From: Asterionella formosa
Lineage: Eukaryota
Assembly (NCBI GenBank): GCA_002256025.1
Contig: NKIB01000495.1
Location: forward strand, 1 to 32,300
Length of the DNA: 32,300 bases
Reading direction: 5' to 3'
The notes beneath the pieces were generated by a model that saw nothing but the letters and a program-made list of their open reading frames with translations, had not been told where the DNA came from and searched no databases. This document shows, one piece after another, positions 1 through 10,125 of this stretch (positions are counted from its first letter, which is position 1; every line of letters begins with the position of its first letter). The translations under genes and the position numbers were made by a program.

Positions 1-400
1 TCCCATCTCCTTTGACACTCTCTTCCGATTCATTATACTCCTCAAGTTGATAATCGTCGTATCCATCCGATGCAGGATTGTCTGGTATGGAGTCTGTATC
101 AGACAACGATGCAGAATTGTGTCGATTAGCCCACATGGTGGTGGTTTGGCAAAAGTTAAGTTAACACGTTGTTTGTTAAAACAACAAAATCATTGTGATC
201 TGCTACTAGTGACAGCACTTCTAAGTACTATTGGAGACAATCAATGCTCGTGATGTGTTGATTCACGGCATACCTACCCGGTAGTTATCATAATATTGCT
301 TTTATGAATTTAACTGGCGCGATAATTAGCCAGGCTGACGAGTTACTACCGGTACCAGGTAGTACGTCTACATCTTTTATCATCACCTTTAAGTAGCACC

Positions 401-523
401 TACGGTTATGGTGGTACTATGTTTTTCCCTATTATTTTCTGTCGCAGCTCTGTAGAGGCTGCGATGTACGGTAATAGTGGTACTATGTTTTTCCCTATTA
501 TTTTCTGTCGCAGCTCTGTAGAG
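401..523. repeat. Tandem duplication, two ~57-bp copies (401-457, 467-523), period 66
   Basis: TACGGTWATRGTGGTACTATGTTTTTCCCTATTATTTTCTGTCGCAGCTCTGTAGAG is read twice with 2 mismatches. Confidence 0.95.
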
Positions 524-751
524 AGACTGTGAACGTCAAAGCGCTGGAATCGATTATACCGGAAAAATTTGTTGCATCACCCATTATCGTGCGTTACAAT
601 GGCTCGCGACAGGGTGGCAGTGGTTATGGAGCAGGGGGTAGAACGCCACAACATGACGAATTCCCAAGGATCATGAATGAAAAGAAAACTTTGTTGCATT
701 CTGGTGGTACCATTGAACTTGGGAAACAGCGAGGAAGGTTGTATCCCGCCT

Positions 752-972
752 AATCAAACGGTTTCGAATAAGAGGAGTTGGAACGAAGAGACGTGACAAG
801 AACTGACATGACAATTCTGTCCGACTTGGTCAATGGATGTCTCCCGCCTATTTGTGACTTCCTGCGCAACAAAACTTGCCACAAAGAAGAAAGAAGAATC
901 AAACGGTTTCGAATATGAGGAGTTGGAACGAAGAAACTTGTCAAAAACATGAAGTCCGACTTGGTCGATGGA
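752..972. repeat. Diverged direct duplication (~752-837 and ~897-972), offset 145
   Basis: AATCAAACGGTTTCGAATAWGAGGAGTTGGAACGAAGA...GTCCGACTTGGTCRATGGA is present in both copies, with an indel between the blocks. Confidence 0.9.
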
Positions 973-1957
973 GCAAAAGAAACAACACCAGCGGTTATTT
1001 GCAAATGGCTGTTCTTGATTAAAAACAAATAGCCATTTTTTAGTAACTATTTATGAGTAAATAAAAATTCTTACTTCCATCTTTCCTCATAGGAATCAAG
1101 CAAAAACGAAACTAGTGATGGAGGGATGATATGCTCCGTACCATTTGCTTTTGTGTTAATGGCATTTCCGAATCTTTTGCAAATAGCAACTGAGTTTTGC
1201 TCTGGAGTGGAACCAGGCGACAAATACATGTGAAGTCTCAATGATGCACCATTGGTTTAGGTGATTATCCACAGCACCAGCATGAACCGTATCACCTTGC
1301 ATTAAAAAGATGTACTTGAAGGAAATGCGAAGAAGCATCGCATGTTGGTTGACATGTTCCATAATAACAGGTGTTTCTGACGTTTTTCTTGTAAAAAAAT
1401 TATAAGGATTTGTTCAATGGCTGGGTACATGGTGTATATATCAAGCTATGCTAATGCCTTGATTTTTCTAGTACAGCATGATTGATTTCATTTATTCATC
1501 ATCAACATCTTCATCATAATTATTATTTTGATGGATGTTGACCACATAAATGACATCTCTGTCCCTGATGGTCAGATAGTACTTGGCGTGATAGCAATCA
1601 ATAATGGGCACAGCTGTAACCATGTACAGGGCTGAATGAGTTCCTGTATGAACTGGAGGATTCAATCCAGGTAGGTGATTATTGACTATGGAATGTGACC
1701 TACATCCAGAAGGTCAAAAGTGCAGAGTTGGATAGCTAGCTTTCCAGGAGCATTGCATATGACATATTCGATGCAGTACAGTGTGTTGATCATACTGTTG
1801 TAGCAGCCAGTTGAACTGTTAAAAGGATCTAAGCAGCAAAGTGAAAGATAAATTAATGTGCAATGTTCTTATCAATTCGCACTTTTTGTGCTGTTAGATT
1901 GAAGATGCTGTTAGGGAGGAAATCATCGAAATAGATTATCATTTAGACGATAGTAAT

Positions 1958-2130
1958 TCTACTGCTGTGTAGATAAAATAGTTTATCAACAATTAAAGTT
2001 CTAAACTAGCTAGCTACAAATGTATGAAGAACCATAACGGCCAGTGCTAGTTTATACAATGAAAAACGAGGGAACATCTGTGTTTCCAATGCAGCTAAAT
2101 GACCCCGGAGATGAAAAACCCCTTACCAGC
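1958..2130. repeat. Dispersed repeat copy 1 (family shared with 14263-14440)
   Basis: Colinear blocks TCTACTGCTGTGTAGATAAAATA, AAGAACCAT, CCAGTGCTAG, GGAAC, TCCAAT, CCGGA and CCCCTTACCAG occur in the same order and with similar spacing in both places. Confidence 0.85.
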
Positions 2131-2862
2131 ACACCCTAGGATTGAGGTGAAGAACAAGTCCAAGAAAGCAAGATTCATGAAGCAAGATCAAATAGGTAAG
2201 ACCAAGTAATTTGGCAAGATTGATAGAAAAGTAAACTGAAGTAAACACAAAATTGAAAAAGGCAAATCTAAAAGGAGATTAAAGTGTTGTCGAACTACTA
2301 GCTAGTGAAGAACTAGTAGTACTGGGTACTGGATTTGTAAGGTACTATCAAGAATATCTGGAACATCTCAACAACTATTACTAATACTATAATAAGATTC
2401 GAGCACATGGTTCCGCATAAATTGTACAGCTGTTTTATCAACTTAGAAGGTCTCAGTGTAAAATTATGACAGACACTATAATGAACGATCTACTTTGAGT
2501 AGTTTGAGGTACTACGGAGTACGGATTACCTGGTATGTACATAATGCATTCGTCGATGAATCATTTCGGTTTATGTATACCGGTGGTATGTATTCGTTTG
2601 CTGAAATACTACCCCCATCACACACAGACACGAGCGATGTTTTTCTCGTCGAAGACTAAGGCCTTCGTTGTGGTAAACTATTAGCCCATGATGCTTTTAG
2701 GTAGCGTTTAAGTAGACAAATGTCATATTGGTAGAACGGATGCAGTCTGTGACACCTTATTCTTGAGGGTTGAACCAGAATTGACGAAAGTCAATCTAAC
2801 GGAAGTTTGCTAGTAGCGTGCATGGTGCAGAATCGTTTAGTAAGCAACTGCTACAAGTTAAT

Positions 2863-3459
2863 TTAGAATCCAAAGATGGACTTGACAGCCTTGCCGCTGG
2901 AGGGAGCGGCAGTCTTCTTGACGACGGGTGTTTTTGTGACTTTAGGTGCCTTGGCACCAACCTTCTTTGCTCCGTCAACGGTGGCCCAAAGTGGCTTGTC
3001 GGTGAGACCAGACCAGTCATACTTGGTCTTAGCCATACTGTGTCCAAGATTAATATCGGCCTTCCATTCTGCCTTAGTGTCGGTTCCGCGCTTGATGTAC
3101 CACTCAGTGTAGTCAATGAATTTACCTGCCTTGGCAACGTTCTTCTCGTATCTTGCATTCTTCTTGGCAACCTCCCCAGAACGGACCTTCTCATACTGCT
3201 CCTTGGTCAAACCGGCGGGAATGTAGGATTTCTCGGAGATTGTTCCCAGCTTGACATTCTTGTTCTTGCGAGCGCCATAATCGTTAACACCGGCGTTAGG
3301 GGCGAATAGGTCCATTTCGAAAATGGTTCGGAAGACAGTCTTTTTAGCCGGTTCCTCTGCCTTCTTTGCATCAAGAGATACAGACGAACGGCCCTGCGGT
3401 GCAGGGGCAAACGCAGAAACGGAAATGGCAAGGAGAGCAAGGGTGTAAGCGACCTTCAT
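2863..3459 (-). CDS. Plastid-targeted hypothetical protein (~198 aa), single coding exon, lysine-rich C-terminus
   Basis: ORF 2863..3588; the internal ATG at 3459 begins MKVAYTLALLAISVSAFAPAPQGRSSVSLDAKK, a classic diatom bipartite signal peptide + SAFAP cleavage motif + transit peptide. TAA stop at 2863-2865. Confidence 0.9.
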   Translation of the reverse strand: MKVAYTLALLAISVSAFAPAPQGRSSVSLDAKKAEEPAKKTVFRTIFEMDLFAPNAGVNDYGARKNKNVKLGTISEKSYIPAGLTKEQYEKVRSGEVAKKNARYEKNVAKAGKFIDYTEWYIKRGTDTKAEWKADINLGHSMAKTKYDWSGLTDKPLWATVDGAKKVGAKAPKVTKTPVVKKTAAPSSGKAVKSIFGF

Positions 3460-5251
3460 CTTAGATTCTGTGTTGAGAAAATATGTTACAACCGATGAGT
3501 TTATTTCCAGATAGACAAATAGTGATGACTTGGGTGTGTGATGTGGTCGATAGAGCCTACCACCATCAGTACTACATTTCGTAGCCAAAAGGCGGACAGT
3601 GAGAATACATTTCGATGTCGTCTACTGAACACGAATTCCTCGTGTACTTATCCCCTACAATTTTCAACGTGGGGACAGTCATGGATCATTGCTTCTGCCT
3701 CCGGAAGCGAACAACTGCTTTCGTCGCCACAACTGACAGATCTTTGCTATTGTTTCCGACGTCATTGCAAGAACACAAGCGTACGCACTGATGACGAAAA
3801 CCGATGAAACAAGACGTACTTTTGTGTAGACCACCACCTCTTATCACTCATCCTTTTCACTCCAATCACATCGATGACTCAGTGATACAGAACATCAAAG
3901 GAATTAAGCTGATTGGATGATGTATCTTGTTGATAGCACTATCCTTAATGCTTCAACATGACCCGCCCGATTTCTTGGACCGCACGACAGCAAGGCACAA
4001 CTGTCTGAACAGTTGGCTCTGCAAGGCCGCAGGCAGGCGCGGAGGGAAAATGTGGAGGAACAATGATTAAGTCCATACCGAAGTCCGCAAATAAATTCTA
4101 ACCTTCAAAGACTACTAGTACGGCTATACACAACTTTGGGTGACGGGTCATGCCAGGCAATAATGAGGGTTGCTGTTATCCCTCACTCTGTTGCCAGTTA
4201 AACTTTGTATCTACGAGGAGTGGAAAGGGCTTCATTATAGTACTTGTAATGACATGTTGTTAAGGAGTTAAAAGAAACAGCATAATACATACATGATAAT
4301 ACTATGCATGCATAGTAGTAATAAGTAGTCTAGGGATTATAGGAATAACATATGTAATCTTTTGTTTCCAAATATGTTTGTAGAATCTGAGGGCGAGAGT
4401 TACATTCAAACATAACCAGGAGCAACGCCAAATTCCATTGATTTCTCGCTGCAAGAAAGAAAAACAAAATCCCTCCAAAGTTTCACTGATGTAAGCAAAC
4501 ATGATGGTACTCATATTTTGGGTGTTACAAAATAGTAGGTGAAATAGTTAACTTGTCACAAATTCATTTGTTTTCTGTAGTAATAGGCATGGCGTTAGAT
4601 AGAACCATATTGTTTATGCTCTTTTAGGAGGAAGTATTCCCAAATAGCAATGCTATCATACTCAATATTTATGAAAGATTCATGAATGATTCCAGCACTC
4701 CCTCCTCCTACAAAGTATTGGGGACAAGACTTGATTTAAAAAGCAACTACCATATTACTAATCATTTGTGTATAGTCCTAAGTCAAAACTTGAAACATGA
4801 ATGTAATGAAAGACAAAATGGGATGAAGTAGTGGCAATGTATGCATGATAAATAATATAATCTTCTCTCTGAATTACTTTCATCACCTAGGCAGTTTGAT
4901 CAAGTCGACTTGGAATTGCATAAATTTTACCTATGATATTCGCTGCAACATAATAAACATGCGCATTTCTATGCTTGTCACACAAATTACACACTACCTG
5001 ATAAATCATTGGGGACTTCATATTTTACCTGTACAATTGAAGAGCTGACGTATGCGAACCAACAGTATCAGTACTTTAATGAATGAGAGTATGTAGACTA
5101 TGGCTAAACCAAAGTTCCTTGTGTACAAACAATCGAGATGATCTCCATGAAAAATATGAAAGCATGCAAGTGGGAATTCCTACGCGATGCTTTGGACTCA
5201 AGACAATTCGAAGATTTCCTCAAAATCAATAATTCATGAAATACCATTTCA

Positions 5252-6260
5252 CTATTTTTCTGCATCCGCTCGCATGATTTTATGTGCTTTTTTCAGGAGC
5301 TTCTTAAATTCCTCCTCGTTCAATCCCATACTTGCTAGAAACGTGTCGCATTCTCGCATAAACTTCTTGTCAATTTTTCCCATCAAATTAAACCTAGCAA
5401 AAAATACATCCCATCGCTCTCCAATCAATTCTATAGCATCAAGGAAAGCAATCTTTCCGGAAGAATCAAAGTTACCATACTTCGCTCCCATTTCAATTAG
5501 GTTGGCATGATCTCGACACAACTTAGTATACTCTTCCTTGACAATGGGATTGTCAAAGACACTGTCGTTTTCTGTAAATGGACTCGCCGTGACCTTTTCT
5601 GCTGATGTCATGGCTAAAAAAATGTGGTTAGATGTGATTTTGGGAAGTGTTTGAGTTGTCGCAAAAAAATCGTTATAGCGTACCTGTCATACTCAATCCT
5701 TTGCCTTGCTGCGATTGGGCCATCATTGCGTTCAGATCTATTTCTGAAGGTGGCATGGGTGGTGGTCTATTTAGTGCCATGGCTTTCATGCACCCACTCT
5801 GCCATTTCATCATGCTGGCAATACCTTTGGCTGACAATCCCTGCGTCTGGAGATGAGCCTGGGTCAATTTAGCATATTCATTGGTTTGATAATCACCAGA
5901 TAGTTGAAGACGAGTGAGCAGCGCCTCCCAGAGATCCACCGAATTATCAATTTCATATGCCACTTTCAATAGTCTTTCTTTATCCGGAGTATTTCCCATT
6001 TCCATATCCAACTGAATTCTTGCCAATTCAGTTGCGAATTCTGGTGTCTGTGCATTCAAGGTTTCCATATTTGATGCAACTTCGATAGATGCAGACGATC
6101 GAAAAGGACAGAATGGTCCTACAGGTGTAAGGGCCATATTCAGAGTTTCAGGACACGGTCGCTGGATACGTCGTGCATTAGTATTCCCAATGAATGCCGC
6201 AGTCGATCTGTCAAAGCATATGGCGCAATAGATTGCAACAATCATTCGCTTCGTTGACAT
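5252..6260 (-). CDS. Two-exon DUF1825-like protein, probably plastid-targeted; exons 6260-5684 and 5613-5252
   Basis: Intron 5683-5614 (70 nt): GTACGC donor, CTAAC branch, T-tract+AG acceptor; splicing joins the two ORFs in frame (MT-A-MTSAEK). The C-terminal FDNPIVKEEY..LIEMGAKYGNFDSSGKIAFLDAIELIGERWDVFFARF matches the cyanobacterial DUF1825 pattern from recall. N-terminus is hydrophobic and followed by STAAF. Confidence 0.88.
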
Positions 6261-6320
6261 TCAGTTGAAAAGGTAAAATGGATGGTGCTTGATGTGTTTT
6301 TCGTTGGCCAACTTTGAGTA

Positions 6321-6566
6321 TTGGCGAAGGTGGTGGCGGTATGGATTGCTGAAGGCAATACACGCCCGAGGTGGTCTCTTGCCTGCGAGTATACATGTGT
6401 TCGAGGCTGGGTGGCGCGAGTAGGTTGACCGTACGAGTGGCGCCCCCGGCGCTGCGAGAAGATCACCCTACGAGTGCCATCCCAGTCGAGTACACATGTG
6501 TACGAGAAGGCAAGTAGCCGCCGAGAAGGGTATTGTTGAGGCAATTCCCGCTCTAGCTATCGTCAA
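6321..6566 (+). ncRNA. Putative structured element (RNA or ssDNA): long rod-like hairpin with periodic CGAG/CGAG tandem G.A internal loops
   Basis: CGAG at 6367, 6386, 6402, 6417, 6434 | 6455, 6471, 6487, 6503, 6522, symmetric about a CCC loop at 6445-6447. Intervening segments are complementary with many G.U pairs. The fold is visible in the sequence; transcription is not demonstrated. Confidence 0.6.
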
Positions 6567-6621
6567 GTCATTCGCTTACCTACTGCCCACAAATTTAGCA
6601 TAAATGTCAATTTTAGCCTAC

Positions 6622-6726
6622 TATTGCCCATCATATAAAATACATTTTGTATATTTCCTATCTTCACCTCGAAAATTGCCAAAGGTCCGATATTGCCCAT
6701 CATTAAAATATATTTTATATATTTCA
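6622..6726. repeat. Short AT-rich direct duplication (~35 bp, copies at ~6622 and ~6691)
   Basis: TATTGCCCATCATATAAAATACATTTTGTATATTTC vs TATTGCCCATCATTAAAATATATTTTATATATTTC. Confidence 0.85.
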
Positions 6727-9556
6727 TATGTTCGCATTTTGGCAAGACAACAGACACCAATTGCCCCTCGGTTCTCCAGCCCTGGGATTGCCGAAATCGG
6801 CAAGGGGTCTACTTAAGGAAACCATTTTATATACTATACAGATTCTAATAATTTATATCTAGAATTCACCTCATTTTTGTTCGTCTCCTGAAAAGTGGAC
6901 TCCGGCAATTCACCTTTCACCATGCCAATCGTTGTCCATCATGACCGGTTTGAAGCGAAATCAGTTCCGCGATGACGCCAGTAGTGATTCGTTGTCTAAC
7001 GGATGCGGTTGATTGTTGGATTGCTTGTCTTCTCGAGGTATTCATGTAGTCGCATCGTCCATATTTCGTCGGATGCACGATGATATCGATATATCTGATG
7101 TTGGTGGCAAGTTTTTGCTCCGGTCATGTATGTAATGATGCTTAACGGATATTCTACCGGTACCGGCAGTCATCTAGTCTACATACGTACGTGGTACTAA
7201 AAACAACCATGCATGCTTTAACGCTTACTTTGAACACGTTATAATATTATCTCTGTAGACTCGGTATTATTTCTACGAGACCTAAATGTTAAATTTTATC
7301 GTTCACATATTGATTGATTTTACGTACCGTATGCCCGATTTCGTCCTCACAATTATAGTTCTCACTCTATCTTTCCTGCCTTTGCTCTATTCGGGCTTGC
7401 AATAGGCAACGATCATCTTTCTTGATCCCATCATCTGCTGCTTGTTATGCTAGTTGAAGCGGATTGGTGAGTACAACAGTGAAACACTGAATGTGGATTG
7501 TAGATAGTATTTATCGACTTTCCGATTTGATTGCTTTCATTGTTTGTTTTGATCGCTTCCGTAGTTGTTTGTCGTTCCGCACAGTCGTTTTGTTTCGAAT
7601 GAATATATCTACATAAGAACCAATGTATTTATCAATGACTACTCTTTGAAGATGTGGTATTGTGCCGGTGTTGATCGTATTTGTTGATTTGTAAAGTCGT
7701 TGACAATTATGTCAATATTGCTGTCAAGCAATGCTTTACTTGTACTAACGCGCTTTGCTACATTTCCACTACGAGTTCATATCAGAAGCTACGTATATTC
7801 AGCTAGAAGGGGTCGATAGTGCTGGAGCAGCCTGGCGATTTTCCTTATTCAGAATGGATTGGAATGGAATGATGATCAGGGTTGTTTGGTGGGACAACTT
7901 GTGTCAGGCTCCTTCAGCGATGTGCATGGTTACAGCAAGCAGATCATCTACGCTACATAACGATGCAGGTCAAGATTGGGTTCAGCTTTTTCCCTTCTTA
8001 TTTCGGTCGTTGATTGTGTGGTGATGGAAATTCAATTGCCTGTGTAAGTACTAACAATGTCACAATGCATACATCTCCATTGAAACTCTTATTTTTTACT
8101 TCATTTCTAACCCTAACAATTTTTTCTATTTCTCATTTGACGCTACTTATTACATCGAATATCATACTTTGGCTCCAAACATCATATTCAATTTTCATTG
8201 ATGTTGCATGTTACAATCATTCTCATTTGTTTTACGCTTGTTGTCCCATTTCTATGCATATTACCGTTATTCTGGTTGTCAAGCTAAAATCGGCAATTTT
8301 AATGCCAAAGAAATCGATGTTCCACATATTGCCCCTAAATAAAAATTACTTAGAGCCTAAAAATTGCTTAGAAGTACCCAAATGGCAAGACAATAGCTGG
8401 AGCGGGAATTGCTTCCAGCAACACATTATTTGTTGCTCCGAAATGAGTATCAAAGCGTTCTTCATGAGGGTTTTTATGATTTGTCCAATCAATAACAAGA
8501 AATTTGCGCTGAGTTCTTTTTATGTCACAAAAACGACTTGGAAGGACATTTTAGTGCAGCAACAACCTCTATTATGATGAATTTATTGAAACAATACTAC
8601 ATGTCCAAACATCTACCACAAAAAAAAGAATCCGAATCGACAAAGGCAACCAATCATGGCAAACCGAAATGAAAAGATTGGACATAAAGTCGTCATTTTG
8701 AATACAAGTGGCTGTTGCAGTCAAGAAAGTGATATGCGTTCAGAAGGAGGATGAGGAATTCATAATTTTGTTATCTCTCATGTATTTCTTCTATTAAAAG
8801 TGTTTGTTTTCTCGTCCTTGGTATATGGAGTGGTGGATAGCATCCCCTTGTTTATTTGCTGGGTCTCGGACGATGCTTTTCTTGGGTTTCTAATAATGAC
8901 TTCTCAATTGAAATACTATCGCTGCAGCACTTTCTTTGCGTATTGAGATGTCTGGCATCATTGTAGCTTTCAACCAAGGGTCGCTCGAAAATCATCACTA
9001 TCTCGATAGTTCGACTTGAAACATTGCTAGTCAGCGCTTCCACAAAAATCTCCCAAGATGCAGCCTTCATAAAATCGAACAAAGTACATTTCCAGCCAAG
9101 TCCTCCACCCAAGAAAGAGCCAACTGTGGCAGCGACCCCTCCTCCTGCTGGTAGGCCTATGGTCCATTGTCAAGTGTAATGCAAAAGATGTCCAACTTTT
9201 TGCTGCCGTGACTGTCCTTGGTGCACACTGCAGTTTGCCTTTCGGAGCCACATCTAGACCTATAGCGAAAATGTACAATTTCTGAAGGACCTGTAAGGAT
9301 AGATTTGAAAAAGAGATTTCAAAAACGTCAGCCAATCCCCTTGTCTGAAGAATGGATTGAATGTAAGCATCAACACCAGCCATAAGACAAGAGGCCATTG
9401 ATAACAAAAGCTCTCATTTTCTAATGTACTAGGAGTATATGTTGAGAAAGCCCTTGCGATGGAAATAGTCTTAATCCTTCAATAGCTCAACGTTGGCTGG
9501 GTCTGCAGGCGATTTAGATACATATATAATCTTCAAATAGCATCAGTATATAACTT

Positions 9557-9676
9557 CTGACGAGAAACTGCAGAAAGGAACTTGCTACATATGCAAGATA
9601 AAGTGATTTCCCCCGAAATTTCCAGTCTTTATAGCATAGTAAAGAACCGAAGTTCCTTTCTGCAGTTTCTCGCCAG
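9557..9676. mobile_element. MITE-like foldback: 27-bp inverted repeats with 66-nt spacer
   Basis: 9557-9583 CTGACGAGAAACTGCAGAAAGGAACTT vs reverse complement of 9650-9676 CTGGCGAGAAACTGCAGAAAGGAACTT (26/27). Weaker symmetry extends to ~9541/9692. Confidence 0.65.
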
Positions 9677-10125
9677 TTCCTATATCCTGACGATATATAG
9701 CGTTGACCTATACCCCTCCTATGATCACTGACTGTATCTAAGCATATGGAAAGGGTGAAAGCTCCGTTTAGCGATATACATGTATGTTTTACGTCTAAGA
9801 AGTGTATGTTTGAGTACTCTGACTCAATATTTTTTTAAACCCTACCTCTAAGGGCTGAAATGCAGCAACCTTAATAGCGACAAATTCGAATGCTGAGTCT
9901 GATGCACATGTTTGCAGAGACACAAAACGCGACTAACTGTTTTGCCATTATTGAGACATATTTGTGAAATGTATCTCTGTAAAGATTCATTTTTTTCTGA
10001 AGATACAATCTAAAAATTAAAATAACTATTTTTCTCTCTGTTAAAACCTGCCCTTTCTTGATATAGTATTGAGCCAAGTCTGTTGTCACGAACACCGCAA
10101 ATATCAATAAAAAGAATGTAGCTTA

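Noticed and set aside
2796..3309. Overlapping ORFs 2796..3194, 2818..3309 and 2876..3112
   Set aside because: Alternative-frame or antisense shadows of the real minus-strand gene.
4302..5048. Short ORFs and possible exon remnants between the first two genes
   Set aside because: No coherent spliced frame or recognisable motif could be built.
6367..6525. CRISPR-like repeat-spacer or SECIS/k-turn interpretation of the CGAG array
   Set aside because: The repeats are only 4 nt, the spacers pair with each other, and there are no cas genes in this eukaryotic context. It lacks the SECIS AUGA/AA pattern and 3' UTR position, and lacks consistent 3-nt k-turn bulges.
6242..6544. 100-aa minus-strand ORF overlapping the CGAG hairpin
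   Set aside because: Non-ATG start and no recognisable protein features; an open frame is expected in a GC-rich stretch.
7755..9407. ORFs 7755..8024, 8014..8577, 8852..9112 and 9027..9407
   Set aside because: Non-ATG starts, no recognisable domains and frequent stops; possibly decayed sequence but not assignable.
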